Shown piece by piece: positions 1-14,023 of a DNA stretch of 64,000 bases (the stretch's first letter is position 1; each line of letters opens with the position of its first letter). The DNA comes from Octopus sinensis (lineage: Eukaryota). Below the pieces are notes generated by a model. It saw only the letters and a list, made by a program, of their open reading frames with translations, did no database searches and was not told the DNA's origin. The position numbers and the translations under genes are program-made. The stretch spans positions 5,580,001-5,644,000 of the forward strand of contig NC_042997.1 in NCBI RefSeq assembly GCF_006345805.1, given 5' to 3'.

Positions 1-28
1 ACGAGCCGGGTTGGGAGGTATATATGCA

Positions 29-124
<96 letters not shown>

Positions 125-514
125 ATATATACATATATGCATATATATTCATATATAATCTAAAATTAAGTTACTCGTAATTCAAGTCGCTAAACTCCAA
201 CATATTTGAAGTAGGTAACCAGCTTAGAAAAACCAACTACTAAATAATTGTCATATTCACCCCCTCACCACATTTTACTTTTTTTTTCTGATGTAACACT
301 CTGCCCTTTTAAACAGGGCCTCGATAAAATAAACAACTCATCGAGATTTGCCTTTCTAAGTGGTCATTCTATCTGACAGAAGTAGCAGCCAAATTTCGCT
401 CAAGTCGTATCTTATCCTTCCAGGAATCATGTGATGCTTTTAACAAGACATTTGGAACGCACTTGGTGCATTTCTAGTGATAAGTCTGTTTGAATAGGTT
501 GCTGGCCTCAGAAT

Positions 515-515
515 A

Positions 516-574
<59 letters not shown>

Positions 575-795
575 TACTACTACTACTACTACTACTTCTA
601 CTATTACTACTTCTAATACTACTACTTCTACTACTACTACTTTTACTACTACTACTACCACCACCACCACCACCACAATTACCACCGCCAACATCACTAC
701 TACTACTACTACCACTACCTACACCACCACTGCTGCTGCTGTTACTACTACTACTACTACTACTACTACTAATACTAATACTAAAACTACTACTC
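515..795 (+). repeat. Compound trinucleotide microsatellite (CTA)n/(CCA)n
   Basis: Direct reading; explains the poly-T/L/P ORF 490..855. Confidence 0.95.
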
Positions 796-3700
796 TTATT
801 GTTAGCATATGTAGTATTCTGTTGGGATTTGCATCATGACGAGCACGAATCTTAACATGCTATGCAATGAAAACACGCGGCATGAGGATTTCGAAGCGGT
901 GCAGTAGCTTTTATATGAAATGTTGACGTTCTTGACGCATATTTTCCTAGTCCCTAACAAATAGAAATGAAAGTGTCTGTGTATATTCTTCCTTATTACA
1001 AATCTAATGATTACTCTTGATCCAATGACTCATACTTTAACATTTTGTTAATGATGAGAATGTATGAAAAAGATAAAAGCATTACTTGATATTTGCTAAC
1101 GAATACAGCGACTATATGATCAGTGCCTTACGCGAAATGTTAGCTAAACTTCATCAAATCGACTGCAGAATCATAAACTCAGAAAGAAAACTTTAGATAA
1201 TTTAGTTAGTGATTTGTAAAAAAAAAAACAAGGAAAGTAGTCAGAACGGAAGTATTTTGGGGCTGTAAATATCATCATAGTAATAAAAAACAAAAATAAT
1301 GACACTCTCTCTGAAAAATATAGTGAGAAGGTCACTAACGAAACCTCACACAACTGACATTCCAATGCATTATTATGAAATAGTATATAAAACGAAACCG
1401 GACTCTTCCTCAATATGAATAATCTTGGTCATCCATAGATAGTAGTAATTACAAAAGGAGACAGATTTGTTTCCCAGACACTTTCATTAACTTCTACACA
1501 CCACACACACACACACACACATATATGTATATATTTACATTATATTAATATTGTATTTCATTGAATTACTTAGTTATTGATAGAGAATGCATTCGAACAA
1601 GCTTGTGTTTCTCTTATAATAATATATATAGGATACGCATCCATTTTATTTTCTTGTAGGATTCTCATATTTTAAAATCAATGTGTATCTATATACTAGA
1701 AAAATTCAATATTCCAAATAGTACGCTTACACGTTTCCGTCTCTATTTCAAACATTGAGCTTATATTGTTCATTCGAGTACAAACAGCTCCTTTAACAAT
1801 ATGGTACATTTTGCCGGAATTTATGTATTTTCTGATGAAATTCAATATTTATACATTTCAAGGAATATATATTTCGGGAACCTGCCTGATCCTATCTTAA
1901 CAAAAGCTAGAAAACATTTATGAGATTCCCATTCTTAAAATTAATGCCGCTATAGTATGTTCTATAGTATATTAGTACACCTTCATGAAAGTTATAATTA
2001 AACATATTTTATCGAATGACGAATGTAGTAGCCAAGACAACAGACTTATATAATTAATTAGCGTACAAATATATGACTGCTTGATTGATAATAATTTAAG
2101 ATCTTAATACGGCATTAAGATCTTCATTAAATTTTACAGTCCCGGTTTTTAACTGTCTTTGGACAATAAGTATGGCTGACGAATAAATTCTTCACTATTT
2201 CTTACGTGTCATTTCCAAATTGTGGAAAATCGATTGGAATGGAATTATGCTCAGCTAAACTTCTGTAATCCTGATAATACTTGAATTGCAAATATTTATT
2301 TATTTCATTTTACGTTACTTCAACAGATTATAGACAAACTATAATCTGTTTAAGATTAACAATATGATTGATACTCGTTTTTGGATCTTGCTAAATATAT
2401 TTATTTTAAGATTCACACTAATTACATTTCTTCGTGTTCACATACATCTCAAATAAATTTGGCATACATCATCTACGAAGAGAAATCGAAACCATAGGAA
2501 GTAAATGAATAATTATCTGACGTCACAACAGCATTGAAATATTTCGGATTTCGATTTGTCTATCACGAACATCAGCGTTCGATGATATTTTGATACTCAA
2601 CCCATTTTACAAAGAAGAATAACCAGAAATACAATGTCATTTACATTTTATCTTGCATATTAGACATAGCGATATATTAATCACGTTTTACTGCTCTTAG
2701 CGTCAAAGGTGATAACCCCCATTCTAACATTTCTGAAAGGAATAATATTTATAAGACGTATTGATATTTGGAACATGTTATGGGTCAAAAGGGTTTATGG
2801 AATAAAGTTTTTATGCACAACCACGTATGAAAATACGAAAAGTAGCTAATTGGTACATATATGAAGAGAAATGCATCTGTCAAGTTTTCTATATGCTCTA
2901 CGGTGTTCAACTCCTACCTTAGACAAATTTATATTTAATTTCTCCCAATTTGGAAAATAGAATTTAACAATATTTTACTGGCAGACATAAATATGATTAT
3001 ACGTCAAACCTATTTACAAATGCCTTTGTGCCTATTGAATAGACATCTATAGAAAACGTAAATTGAGGCAGTGAGGCAGCAAAGTCGATCATAGGGCAAC
3101 ATGCATTCTAGTATTTAATTTCGTTGCTCTCTATTTAAAGCTAAGACACATCCAGGGAAGATATTTATCATTCACAATGTAATAATTACTGGTACTAGCA
3201 AATTGTAAAAATGAATGAGTTTTAAAGCTGCCCAGTTGCTTTCGGATTTACTGTAAATTCATACAACCATGTTGGGGGGACCCCCTTCGGTCATGACTGA
3301 CCATGGGATTGCACCTAGTAAGTTACCCTCCCAGGTACAAGTCTGGGCAAGATTGTTTATGGAAAACCAGCAGTCGCCCATGCATACCGGCCTCCCTTCG
3401 CCACGCCACCAGTGTTATCCAAGGGAAAGGCAAAGGGGCCGATACAGCTTGGCACCTGTGACATCGCAACTCATTTCTACAGCTGAGTGAACTGGAGCAA
3501 CGTGAAATAAAGTGTCTTGCTCAAGAACACAACACACAGCCCGGTTCGGGATTCGAGCTCGCAACTTCACGATCGTAAGCTCGCCGCTCTAACCACTGAG
3601 CCATGCGCCTTCACTACAACCATGTAAGAGACGGAAGAGTGAGAGTAATATATAAAGTGAATCTCAGAAATATAATAAAATAGTACACTTATTAATTAAA

Positions 3701-4218
3701 TCTTGTTATATAGTAGATATTCAAAAGTATTCCTTTGATACACATTCATGTGTGTGGGTGTGCGTGTGAATATGTGTAAGTGTGTGTGTGCGTGCGCGTG
3801 TATGTGTGGAGAGAGTGAGATTACTGCATAAATAGATAGTTAGCTAGCTAGATACATAGATAAATAGATAGAAAACATTCCATGGCTTCATATGTAAACT
3901 CACTGCACTAGCAGAGATGCTCATACATGTAGCTACACACGGACACACATCTATAAAAACCGTAACTCTGTTTTGAGAAAACAGAAATTAATAATTAGTT
4001 AAATACTGAACTAAAAGTTATAATAGGATAACTTATATTGTATAATCCGACGCTTAATTTTAAAGCAGATTTAGTGGTAAATCGGTGCATTGGACTTTTA
4101 ACAAAAACTATACATAGTCTCATATAATGAGTAAATTGGTGAGTAAATTTAGGATGGCAATTATTTTTATACTTGAAACAAAGTAATTGTTTACATCCTA
4201 AGAAAAAACAGCAATTGA

Positions 4219-4280
<62 letters not shown>

Positions 4281-5645
4281 CCGGTATGTATACCGCTTTG
4301 GAATTCAGTCAGTTTGGGTAGAAACCGCATACCGTTATTGTACGAAAGAAATAACCCTCTCATTACAAATATAATTGGATAAAAGCCTTGCATTGTTTAC
4401 ATGAATTTTTATACCAGGAGCAAGTATTTTTATAACATTACCTACTATCTAAAACCTTGACGAGGTTTCTAACTCAATTATAGATTGTGATGAATTCCCG
4501 ACCAACAATTAACATGCAACAAAATTTTTAAGATTTCTTGAAGGTAATTAGTCTAAAGAATCTTGAAAGTAGATATATGTGCTACTTCATAGCGGAATGA
4601 TAATGCTGAAGCTTTCTTTTCCTTACATGAAAACTCGTGGAATGAATTTATCATGGATAACCTGATTGATATCCGAGAGAAAAATTAATTAGTAAGTGTT
4701 AACCAATACAATTTCAGTTAAAATTAGCATTATGTCACTTCGTTAAAGTAGAGTGTGTAATAAAGTCAAACCTGAAAATGTTAACATAGCTTAGTTGTAC
4801 ATTATGAGGATATTCTGTAATTTGATCAATGAAATAAGTTATCTAAGCATGACAACTGGATTACAAGTCACTACAGTTTAGTTTATTCCGAGGTCAGCCT
4901 ATATTCAACATCTATTAAATCAAAGGCAATCAGGTCATAACATTTTTTTTCCTTTAAGTATCCTTATAGGATATGTATAAGCATCCATTCATTTTTAAAG
5001 GCAGAATGATTTCTTTTTCAGAAAACTTGGTTATTGTATGTTGTAAGTGGAACGACCATGAAGATGATACTTCTTTAGAATAAATAGCAATCACCCTCCC
5101 CGATGCTGCTAAAAGCCTAAACGAAACACCTCAGTATAAATGGTTAATTAAATTCTGTAATGGAAATTTTCAAATATTTCGCTATCAGCTTTGAAGCACA
5201 TTACAACATCGATACTCATGAGTAGGAGTTTTTGCAATTTTCAGTATTAGAATAGGTGTGATACTGGAATATTCTAATGAGATATGACACGTGCATTCAT
5301 GTTCATATGACTAAGAAAATGAAGGAACTATTGGGGAAAAAATTTAGAAAGACGGAAATGGAATTTACTTTACATGTGTGTGAAACACAAATTATAAGCC
5401 ATCTGTATTTTTCAACACTAAATTATGATCATCAGGTAAAGTAAATTTGTTTACTGTATTACACAATCTATACGGTTCTAGTGAAAACAATTGATTCTAT
5501 AGAGCGGTACTGTTGGGACACGTCGTTTCGAATGTAAGACGCGGTAGAATTTAATTGGAAGATCTTCGTTTAAGTGCATATACAAATTTAGACAGAAAGC
5601 CGACAAAATTTTAGCGATGAGTGTTACTGCATGCTGCCAGATACA
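795..5645 (+). pseudogene. Decayed Toll-like receptor (LRR-TM-TIR) pseudogene, interrupted by a SINE and microsatellites
   Basis: Manual + strand translation gives repeated LRR motifs among stops and frameshifts: GLFLNMNNL (1400), FPDTFINF (1471), SLCFSYNNIYRI (~1600), IQYLYISRNIYFGNLP (1840), LVHLHESYN (~1972), ISDFDLSITNIS (~2540), IGQHAF*YLISLLSI (3091), SYNRITYI (~4016), TINMQQNF*DFLKVISLKNLES (4505), LFRGQP...IKGNQVITF (4883). LRRCT-like SLHENSWN (4620) and MISFSEN (5006). TIR-like YD..AF..SYD*ENE (5283-5323), GIYFTCV*NTNYKP (5360-5401) and TNLDRKPTKF*R*VLL-MLP (5582-5639; the TAG sits where the FW tryptophan is expected). Confidence 0.75.
3273..3614 (-). mobile_element. tRNA-derived SINE (MetaSINE-like core) with 11-bp TSD
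   Basis: Minus-strand head tggctcagtggttagagc (A box) and gagctcgaatcc (degenerate B box); core gttgtgttcttgagcaagacactt; TSD tacaaccatgt at 3262-3272 and 3615-3625. Confidence 0.9.
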
Positions 5646-5675
5646 TGGTCCTCATTAATAACGTAATATTGATTT

Positions 5676-6073
5676 AAAACTTTGGTACAAGGCCAGCAAT
5701 TCTGGAGGAGCGCGTACTCAACTGATACTTATATTATTGAGCTCGAAATCGGCAGCAGTTGAAATCAGAAGCTAAATACAGACGAAATACTGCTAAGTAT
5801 TTTGACCGCCGTGCTAACTTTTCTAACCACTCGCCGCCTAGAGCAATAACATAAAAGTTATTCTAAATTTTGGTACAAGGCTAGTAATTTGGGGGTAAGT
5901 AGTAAATTCATTACATCGATCTCAGTATTCAACTAGTATTTATTTTACCGAACTCCGATAGGTTGAATGGCAAAATCAACATAGTCAAAATTTGAACTCA
6001 GAACGTAAAGATGAGCAAAATACCCAGCGGCATTTTGTCCAGCGTACTAACGCTTCTGCCAGCTCGCTATCTT
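5676..6073 (-). mobile_element. Two tandem degenerate copies of a tRNA-derived SINE with a Nin/Deu-like domain
   Basis: Both match the family at 53766-53988 and 56863-57132 (ggcgagctggcagaa..gttagc head; tail aattgctggccttgtaccaaa). Confidence 0.75.
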
Positions 6074-7052
6074 GGACAATAACATAATATTGAAAAGTTT
6101 CCTATACAAATTTATGTATTGGTTCGCTAATTTTCTTTCCAATGCACCAGATTCTATATGGAACTAAATGAAATAAATTCAAATGCCATTTGAAGAGGTA
6201 CATAACACCTGAGGCCTCTAAGCCGTTTATAAACTAAACAAAAAGCATACAATAGGAATAGTGGTACTGAGATATGAGAGTCAGAATGTCATCAACCAGT
6301 GGTCTGACACGGCAAGAGAATAAAAGTGGATGGATACAAAAGAATGTATACTTCAAATCTATATACTCGTCTACAAGCTACAATGACATACACTACCCAT
6401 ACACATGCACATACGAGTTACTGATGCACATTTATCAGCGTAAAATTGAACTCTCATTTGAAGTTTTATGTCAAACATGTCTCAGAGGTATTAGCATAAT
6501 TTTATAATTTGAGTCATCAGTCCAGATAAAAGTGCGAGTAATTGATTTTTACTTCCAAGACGAAGCACTTACAATAACATATACATATATTAAGTACCTA
6601 AATATTTATACACTTCTTCAAGAATATTGTGCTCAAAAATGAATGCATTATTGGATAGATATTCGTCATATAATTCAGACATATATGCATATACTCAGTG
6701 CGCAATATTTTCAGCGATATCATTATCAAAGAAACTGGTAAAAGCAAGAGAGTGAAAACGAGAAAGCGAGAGCGAAAGAGAAAAAAAGAGAGAGGGAGAT
6801 AGTGTTATTGCATATCAACCAGCACTGTGTGTGTAAATGGAAGTTTCGATAGGAGATTTTAAAATATGACGTATTATGTGACCTGATGATGTTTCTCTTG
6901 CACTGTGAGGTGCATTCGATTCCATTATATCGTTCCGTACCCACTAGGACGCAGTGTTGATGTTAGCAGAAACGATCGTCAAACTATAAAGACGGCTTGT
7001 AGTACACTCTGTTTTCCCTATCAATTATTTTATACAAACACTCACACACACA

Positions 7053-7083
<31 letters not shown>

Positions 7084-7111
7084 TACACACACACACACAC
7101 ATACACACACA

Positions 7112-7163
<52 letters not shown>

Positions 7164-7352
7164 GACACACACTCACATGAATATAGCATGGGCAGAGTTC
7201 AATGACTGAAACAGGTAAAAGTGGGGAAAAAGATATATCAATCTTCTCTCAATTTCTCCACCCCTCTCTCTCTCTATCTATCTATCTAACTAACGATCTA
7301 TCTATATTCTTATGCATCTCTCTCTCTGTCTCTGTATATATATATATATATA

Positions 7353-8976
7353 CAGTTGCGGCCAAAATGTTCAGAACGGCATTGTCTTCGCCAGAAAAGT
7401 AGGTATAAGTTTTTATTGAAGTTGTTTTATATTATATAATTTTCACACACAATAAATACAATATTAATTGTTATTGTCTGAGATTTTGGTGTAATTTGAG
7501 AGGACAATACAAAAGTATTGATGATTTAATGGTTTACTGCAAAACCCATGGCGGCCAAAATGATCAGAACGGTTGCTTTTACTCCGTGTTTAGTATATTT
7601 AACTGGCGAATGTTTTGAATTTGTTTACGTGATGGTTCGTTTACTAAATATTAGTAAGAATATCTGCAGAGTACTTTGTTAATATAATGCCACTTACTCC
7701 GTTACCAATTCGTCAGCAGATTATTAAGCATCGAAAGAAGGATAATTTAAGTATTGGGTCTATTGCAAAGATTGTTAACAAGTCAAAAAGTGTTGTTCAC
7801 GGTATTCTTAAGGTATTCGATGATTGTGGTTCATGTGAAGCAAGAAAGTCTACAGGTAGGCCAAGAAAGACGATAAAGAGAGAAGATCGTGCTATGGCAA
7901 AGTTGGTTAAAAAGGGCAGATTTAAAGCTGCTGCTGCTGCTGTTTCTCTGGAAATGAGCTTTGTACTGAAGAAAACGTTATCTCGAAAAACTGTGTCCCA
8001 TCGTTTAGTTGAACATAACATAAAAGGAAGATCTCCTACAGTGAAGCCACTGATCAGCTCCAAAAATAAAAAGTGTCGTCTTACTTTTGCAACCGAACAT
8101 GTGTTGTGGTCTGAAGAAAAATGGCAAACGGTGCATTTCAGTGATGAATCTAAGTTTATGTTATTTGGCTCAGATGGGAAAAGGTTTGTTCGTTGAAAAG
8201 TAGATGAAAAATTGTCGCCTAAATGCCTTAAGACTAGTGTTAAATTCAGTGGAGGAAGTGTCATGGTTTGGTGGAATGATATCTGGAGATGGTGTGGGCT
8301 CTTTGGTGCGATTACATAGAAAGGTAAAGTCAGGAGTTTATAAACAACTTGTAAAAGATCATGTCTTGCCTGTGCTGAGAAATTCAACTAAGCGACCACC
8401 CATATTCATGCAGGACAATGCCCCATGTCACAAGGCTAAGGTGGTCATGAACTTCCTCAAGGTGAAAAGGTTATTATTATGGATTGGCCTGCTCAAGGCC
8501 CAGATCTCAATCCTATTGAAAATGTGTGAATATTCTAGGAGAACGTTTGGAAGCCAGAAATCCTAAAACAACCGAGCAATTATGGAATGCCCTTCAGGAA
8601 GAATGGAATAAGATCACCTAGCAAGATATTGAAAATTTAATTTCCTCATGCAGTCGAAGATGTCAAAGTGTGATTGAAGCTAAAGGGATTCACACTAAAT
8701 ATGAAATAATTCCAGTATTTTCTGTCATTTTTGATTGTTTTGTTATTTCTTTCAACCGTTCTGATCATTTTGGCCTCCATGGGCTTTGCAGTAAATCCCC
8801 AAATCATCCATAACTTTTGGATTATGCTCTCAAATTACACCAAAATCTCAGACAATAACAATTAATATTGTATTTAGTATCTGTGAAAATTATAGAATAC
8901 AAAACAACTTTGATAAAAACTTATATCTACTTTTCTGGCGAAAACAATGCCGTTCTGAACATTTTGGCCGCAAATG
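7353..8976 (+). mobile_element. Full-length Tc1-family DNA transposon, IR/DR type, about 1.62 kb
   Basis: TIRs of about 223 bp (7353-7575 and 8753-8976) starting cagttgcggccaaaatgttcagaacgg. Each TIR has an inner direct repeat gcggccaaaatgatcagaacgg. Flanked by TA within a (TA)n tract. Confidence 0.95.
7687..8705 (+). pseudogene. Tc1 DD34E transposase with a few stops and frameshifts
   Basis: ORFs 7687..8196 and 8204..8566 plus a third frame: paired-like HTH, GRPRK, HFSDESKF, GGSVMVW, FMQDNAPCH, WPAQGPDLNPIEN, GIHTKY. D (8414) to E (8518) is 101 nt, i.e. 34 aa with a 1-nt deletion; TGA at 8194 probably from CGA. Confidence 0.93.
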
Positions 8977-9129
8977 TATATATACATTTCTCAAGCCGAT
9001 GTTGAGTAAAAAAATATACGCATACACACACATGCGAACGCGATTTCCGGTGTACCATACACGCACATCGTTCATCGCTGCTAAATTTGTAGCCGAGCGT
9101 CAAAGTGTGAGCCACTGATTTACATCGCA

Positions 9130-9750
9130 TATTCCACAGTTTCACAAAACAGAATTGCCTCAGTCCAGCAGTTAACGACTCATTCATCGCACCTCTACCA
9201 TTAACCGAATATAGCCCAAATTCCCTCATATGCTGACCACCTCGAAATCTCTATTTTCCATCAGAATTACCAAATCACTATCTCAAATTTACGAAATCGC
9301 CATCGTGTAAAAGAACCGTCTTCTATAACCTAAACTCTTAAATACCTCAATACCTTTCCTGAAGATTCCATTTTTCCAGACGTGATATCAATCTACGTAA
9401 AATTCCAGTACATATTTCCTTTTTTTTTCATTGTCACACACAAGCCGGATGATCGCACTTTTCATACATCCAACGTAGTTAACATAAGATGACTGCGACT
9501 TCAATCACATAATTATAAATTTCCAGGCCGAACCTAACCACAAACTTCTGCTTTCACCAGATATTTCCTATTTCTCGTTGCACTGTAATCAACAATTGAT
9601 TTACGGACTAAACGCAGCCATCGTAGCTGGAATTAATAATCGTGTTCATTTCCTTTGGCATTTCCTCCAGCAAGACTACCTCCTTCGTAACAAAATCTCA
9701 CACTGATAACGACTTCCTGTGCAAAACAAAGCCCTTCTCACTCGTTCGCA
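9130..9750 (-). mobile_element. Very degenerate LINE apurinic-endonuclease remnant (RTE/CR1-like)
   Basis: Minus-strand DSDLVILM... followed by EFGLYSVNGRG resembles the GDFN..G.FG...N.NG segment of LINE APE domains; heavily decayed. Confidence 0.35.
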
Positions 9751-9836
9751 CACATACCTTTATGAATTGTATAAAACATTGATACATACATACATGCATG
9801 CATATAAATAGAAATATATATATATATATATGTACG

Positions 9837-9869
<33 letters not shown>

Positions 9870-9922
9870 ATATATATATGTATATATATAGTTATATATA
9901 TATATATATGTATATATATAGT

Positions 9923-9998
<76 letters not shown>

Positions 9999-10111
9999 AT
10001 ATATATATATAATATATATACATGTGTGCATGTATGTGTGTGTACATGTATGTATGTGCGTGTGTGTTGTATACAAATCATAAATGTATTTATGTGAATG
10101 AGTGACAAGGA

Positions 10112-10159
<48 letters not shown>

Positions 10160-11144
10160 AACCAAAGAATGCACACATATATAGAGAATATTGTAAGCGT
10201 AGCGAATAACCTCTCATACTCTCCCAATTCTCTACTTTTCAGATTGTAAAACGTAACTCCACGAACTACTAATCTACTAATACCACTCAGCCCCTACCAT
10301 TCGCATGACTTGCACGTAATTTTCCTTTCATCTTTCCTATGTACTTTTCAGTGACCGATAAATAAACAACTGTCCGAAACGCCATATATTTTCAGGTGTC
10401 CTTTTTCTTAGTGTACTTACATCCAATATGAAACTACTCATAGCTTTCTTGTTGCATACTTGAACAACGCTTCGAATATACATATGTATGACTTAATACA
10501 AGAAAATAAAATACTATGTGATATTAAACCAAATAATATAATATAACATAATACAATACAATATAATATGATAGGAAAACATGTAAGGGTAAATGCTTCT
10601 TCATCCTTCGGCTTTGGTGAATGCCGCTTCCACCAGAAGGAAATGATGTCATCCGCCAGTAACCGACGACGTATTTATCTCTCCTTATTTCTGCTTCTCG
10701 ACGACAAACAGTTGTCCGAAATGTAACACTATTCAAATTTTCCCCTGTTTTTGTACTTATATACAATGTGATTTTATTTTATGTTTTCTGGTCGTCTTCT
10801 AGACAACACTACATTTGCACATACACACACACACACACACATACACATACACATATGCGCGCACACACAAACATACGCACATGCACACACATATGCATGT
10901 ACATATATATATACACAGAATATGAAATATTATATGTGTGGTTGTGTGCGTATATTTATGTATACGTATATTTGTGTGTATATATATATATGTATATATA
11001 AAATATGCATATATATATATACACACACAAATATACGCATATATATGTATATATATATATATATATTATATATATATATATATATATAATGTGTGTGTGT
11101 ATATATATATATATAGATATATATATAATATATACATATGTGTT

Positions 11145-11182
<38 letters not shown>

Positions 11183-11530
11183 ATCTGTGTGTATATATAT
11201 ATATATGTATATATAAAATATGCATATATATATATATACACACACAAATATACGCATATATATATATATATTATATATATATATATATTATATATATATA
11301 TATATATATGGTGAATTGAAGAAATGGAGCTGAACGCAGATTGAACAGAAATCGTTTTATTTCATTCTGTTTACTGCTGTGATTTTTGCTACTAAGGTAT
11401 CGGTTAAACTTTTGATTAATCTACTACATGATTATTCATCTTTCTATTTCACATAATATATATATATATAATATATATATATATAATGTGTGTGTGTATA
11501 TATATACATATAATATATATATATATATAC

Positions 11531-11568
<38 letters not shown>

Positions 11569-11612
11569 TAATATATATATATATAATATATATAATATAT
11601 ATATATATATAT

Positions 11613-12516
11613 ATACATATGTATATATTTCATGCGCACAGAGAGCAAACGAAAGTCTAACTTCAAGGCCCATTCGCATATGTTGGCGTGTTCGGGAATA
11701 TATATAACATTTGTGTTTAAATACCGCCACGATGAATAAAAACTAAAAACATGAAATTATATTGCAAGTATATTTTTGAGTTATGAGCCTTTAATCTACT
11801 GTTAATGCTTCTTTATGTTATTCATAGATCATTAAATGACGTGTTAAGCATTACGTTGTTGTTTCATGTCTGTCACTGGTCCTCGTCTTCTTCCCATCCT
11901 TCTACCTTTCTATATCTTTTGTATCACTGTTATATATCATTTTGGCACTTCATAAATCACACAGACACACACAACACACACACACGCTTGCACACGTTTG
12001 CATATTGTATACTATTTATATAGATATTTTAAAGCATACAAACATTCATATACACACACACTCACACACACATATGCATGTAGAATAAATGTATATATGG
12101 TGTGTGTGGGTTTATATACATACTATATATATATATATACACATATATATATTTATTTATATATACATATACATATGTATATCTGCTTGTATATTATATA
12201 TGTATGTATGTATGTATGCATGTGTATATGCGTACGTATGCATCGTGTGTGTATAGGTGTATGTGTTGTATGTGTGTGTGTATATGATGTTGTATATGAA
12301 TATATGACAGTCATTTTGCCTTATTTTTTGTATGTAAATGTCCATTTTATGTGGTATTTCCTATTTTAGATACGTTCAAATAAATTTATTGCAATATAAA
12401 AATAGTTAAAAAACATACTCTCACGTCCAACACACCCATCGTCATCATTTTCAACATTATATACATACATACACACGCATATATATATATGTATATATAT
12501 ATAAATATATGTATAT

Positions 12517-12591
<75 letters not shown>

Positions 12592-12592
12592 T

Positions 12593-12627
<35 letters not shown>

Positions 12628-13320
12628 TGTCTGGTGTCTGGGTGTGTATATATTTATATACACATACATACCTCATACATACATACATATATCATTGTTC
12701 AGAATGTTGAAATAAAACAGAACAATGACAGACATGCATACAAATACATATATACATTCATGCTGTTTTCCATACGAACATATATTCGTACATACATACA
12801 TACATACATGCTTGCATGCATACATAAGTGCATACATGCATGAATACATTACATGCATGCATATACACATACACTTACATACATACATACATACATACAT
12901 ACTATTAAATACACATATATAATCATAATTCAATTGAACACACAACTATACATACACTGAAAGAGCGGGAAACAGAACATACAGACCGACAAACATCTCA
13001 GAAGCTGTAAGTGGTATACTTTCATAAATCTTAGAAAGAGCTGTATTTTACTGAGTTTTTTAACTGTTTTTGTCTTAGAATAATTTCTCGTCTGTTCTTA
13101 TTTATATCCTTTGTTGCCATAAGAGCATATTTAGAAGTATTTCACATCAAGTGAGTCAGTGGCAGCAGTTTATTCTTGGATTTTTACATTCGCCTGAAAA
13201 CAGTTCATTTGTTTCTTTCACTTATATTTTTTGTATGTGTTGGTTCTTTTATTATGTAATATCTTGCTCTCCCTCATTCGCTTTCTTTGTCCATAGTTTG
13301 TGCGTGCGTAGAGTGTATGC

Positions 13321-13357
<37 letters not shown>

Positions 13358-13435
13358 GCTCGCTCTCTAACTATCTATTTATCTATGTGTGTGTATATAT
13401 ATACATATAATATATTATATATATATATATACATA

Positions 13436-13508
<73 letters not shown>

Positions 13509-13990
13509 GTATATATTTCATGCGCACAGAGAGCAAACGAAAGTCTAACTTCAAGGCCCATTCGCATATGTTGGCGTGTTCGGGAATATATATAACATTT
13601 GTGTTAAATACCGCCACGATGAATAAAAACTAAAAACATGAAATTATATTGCAAGTATATTTTTGAGTTATGAGCCTTTAATCTACTGTTAATGCTTCTT
13701 TAATGTTATTCATAGATCATTAAATGACGTGTTAAGCATTACGTTGTTGTCATGTCTGTCACTGGTCCTCGTCTTCTTCATCCTTCCTACCTTTCTATAT
13801 CTTTTGTATCACTGTTATATATCATTTTGGCACTTCATAAATCACACAGACACACACACACACACACACACGCTTGCACATTTATATACTATTTATATAG
13901 ATATTTATAAGCATACAAACATTCATATACACACACACTCACACACACATATGCATGTAGAAATAATGTATATATGAGTGTGTGTGGGTT

Positions 13991-14023
<33 letters not shown>

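Noticed and set aside
490-855. 121-aa ORF with poly-T/L/P
   Set aside because: Translation of the (CTA)n/(CCA)n microsatellite; only its last ~60 nt are unique and read better in another frame.
7797-8387. 196-aa minus-strand ORF, the longest in the track
   Set aside because: Antisense shadow of the Tc1 transposase with no recognisable motifs.
11340-11396. Signal-peptide-like [19 protein letters not shown] ending at AAG|gtatcg
   Set aside because: No in-frame ATG, weak donor, and phase 0 does not fit the phase-1 candidate exon at 26153.
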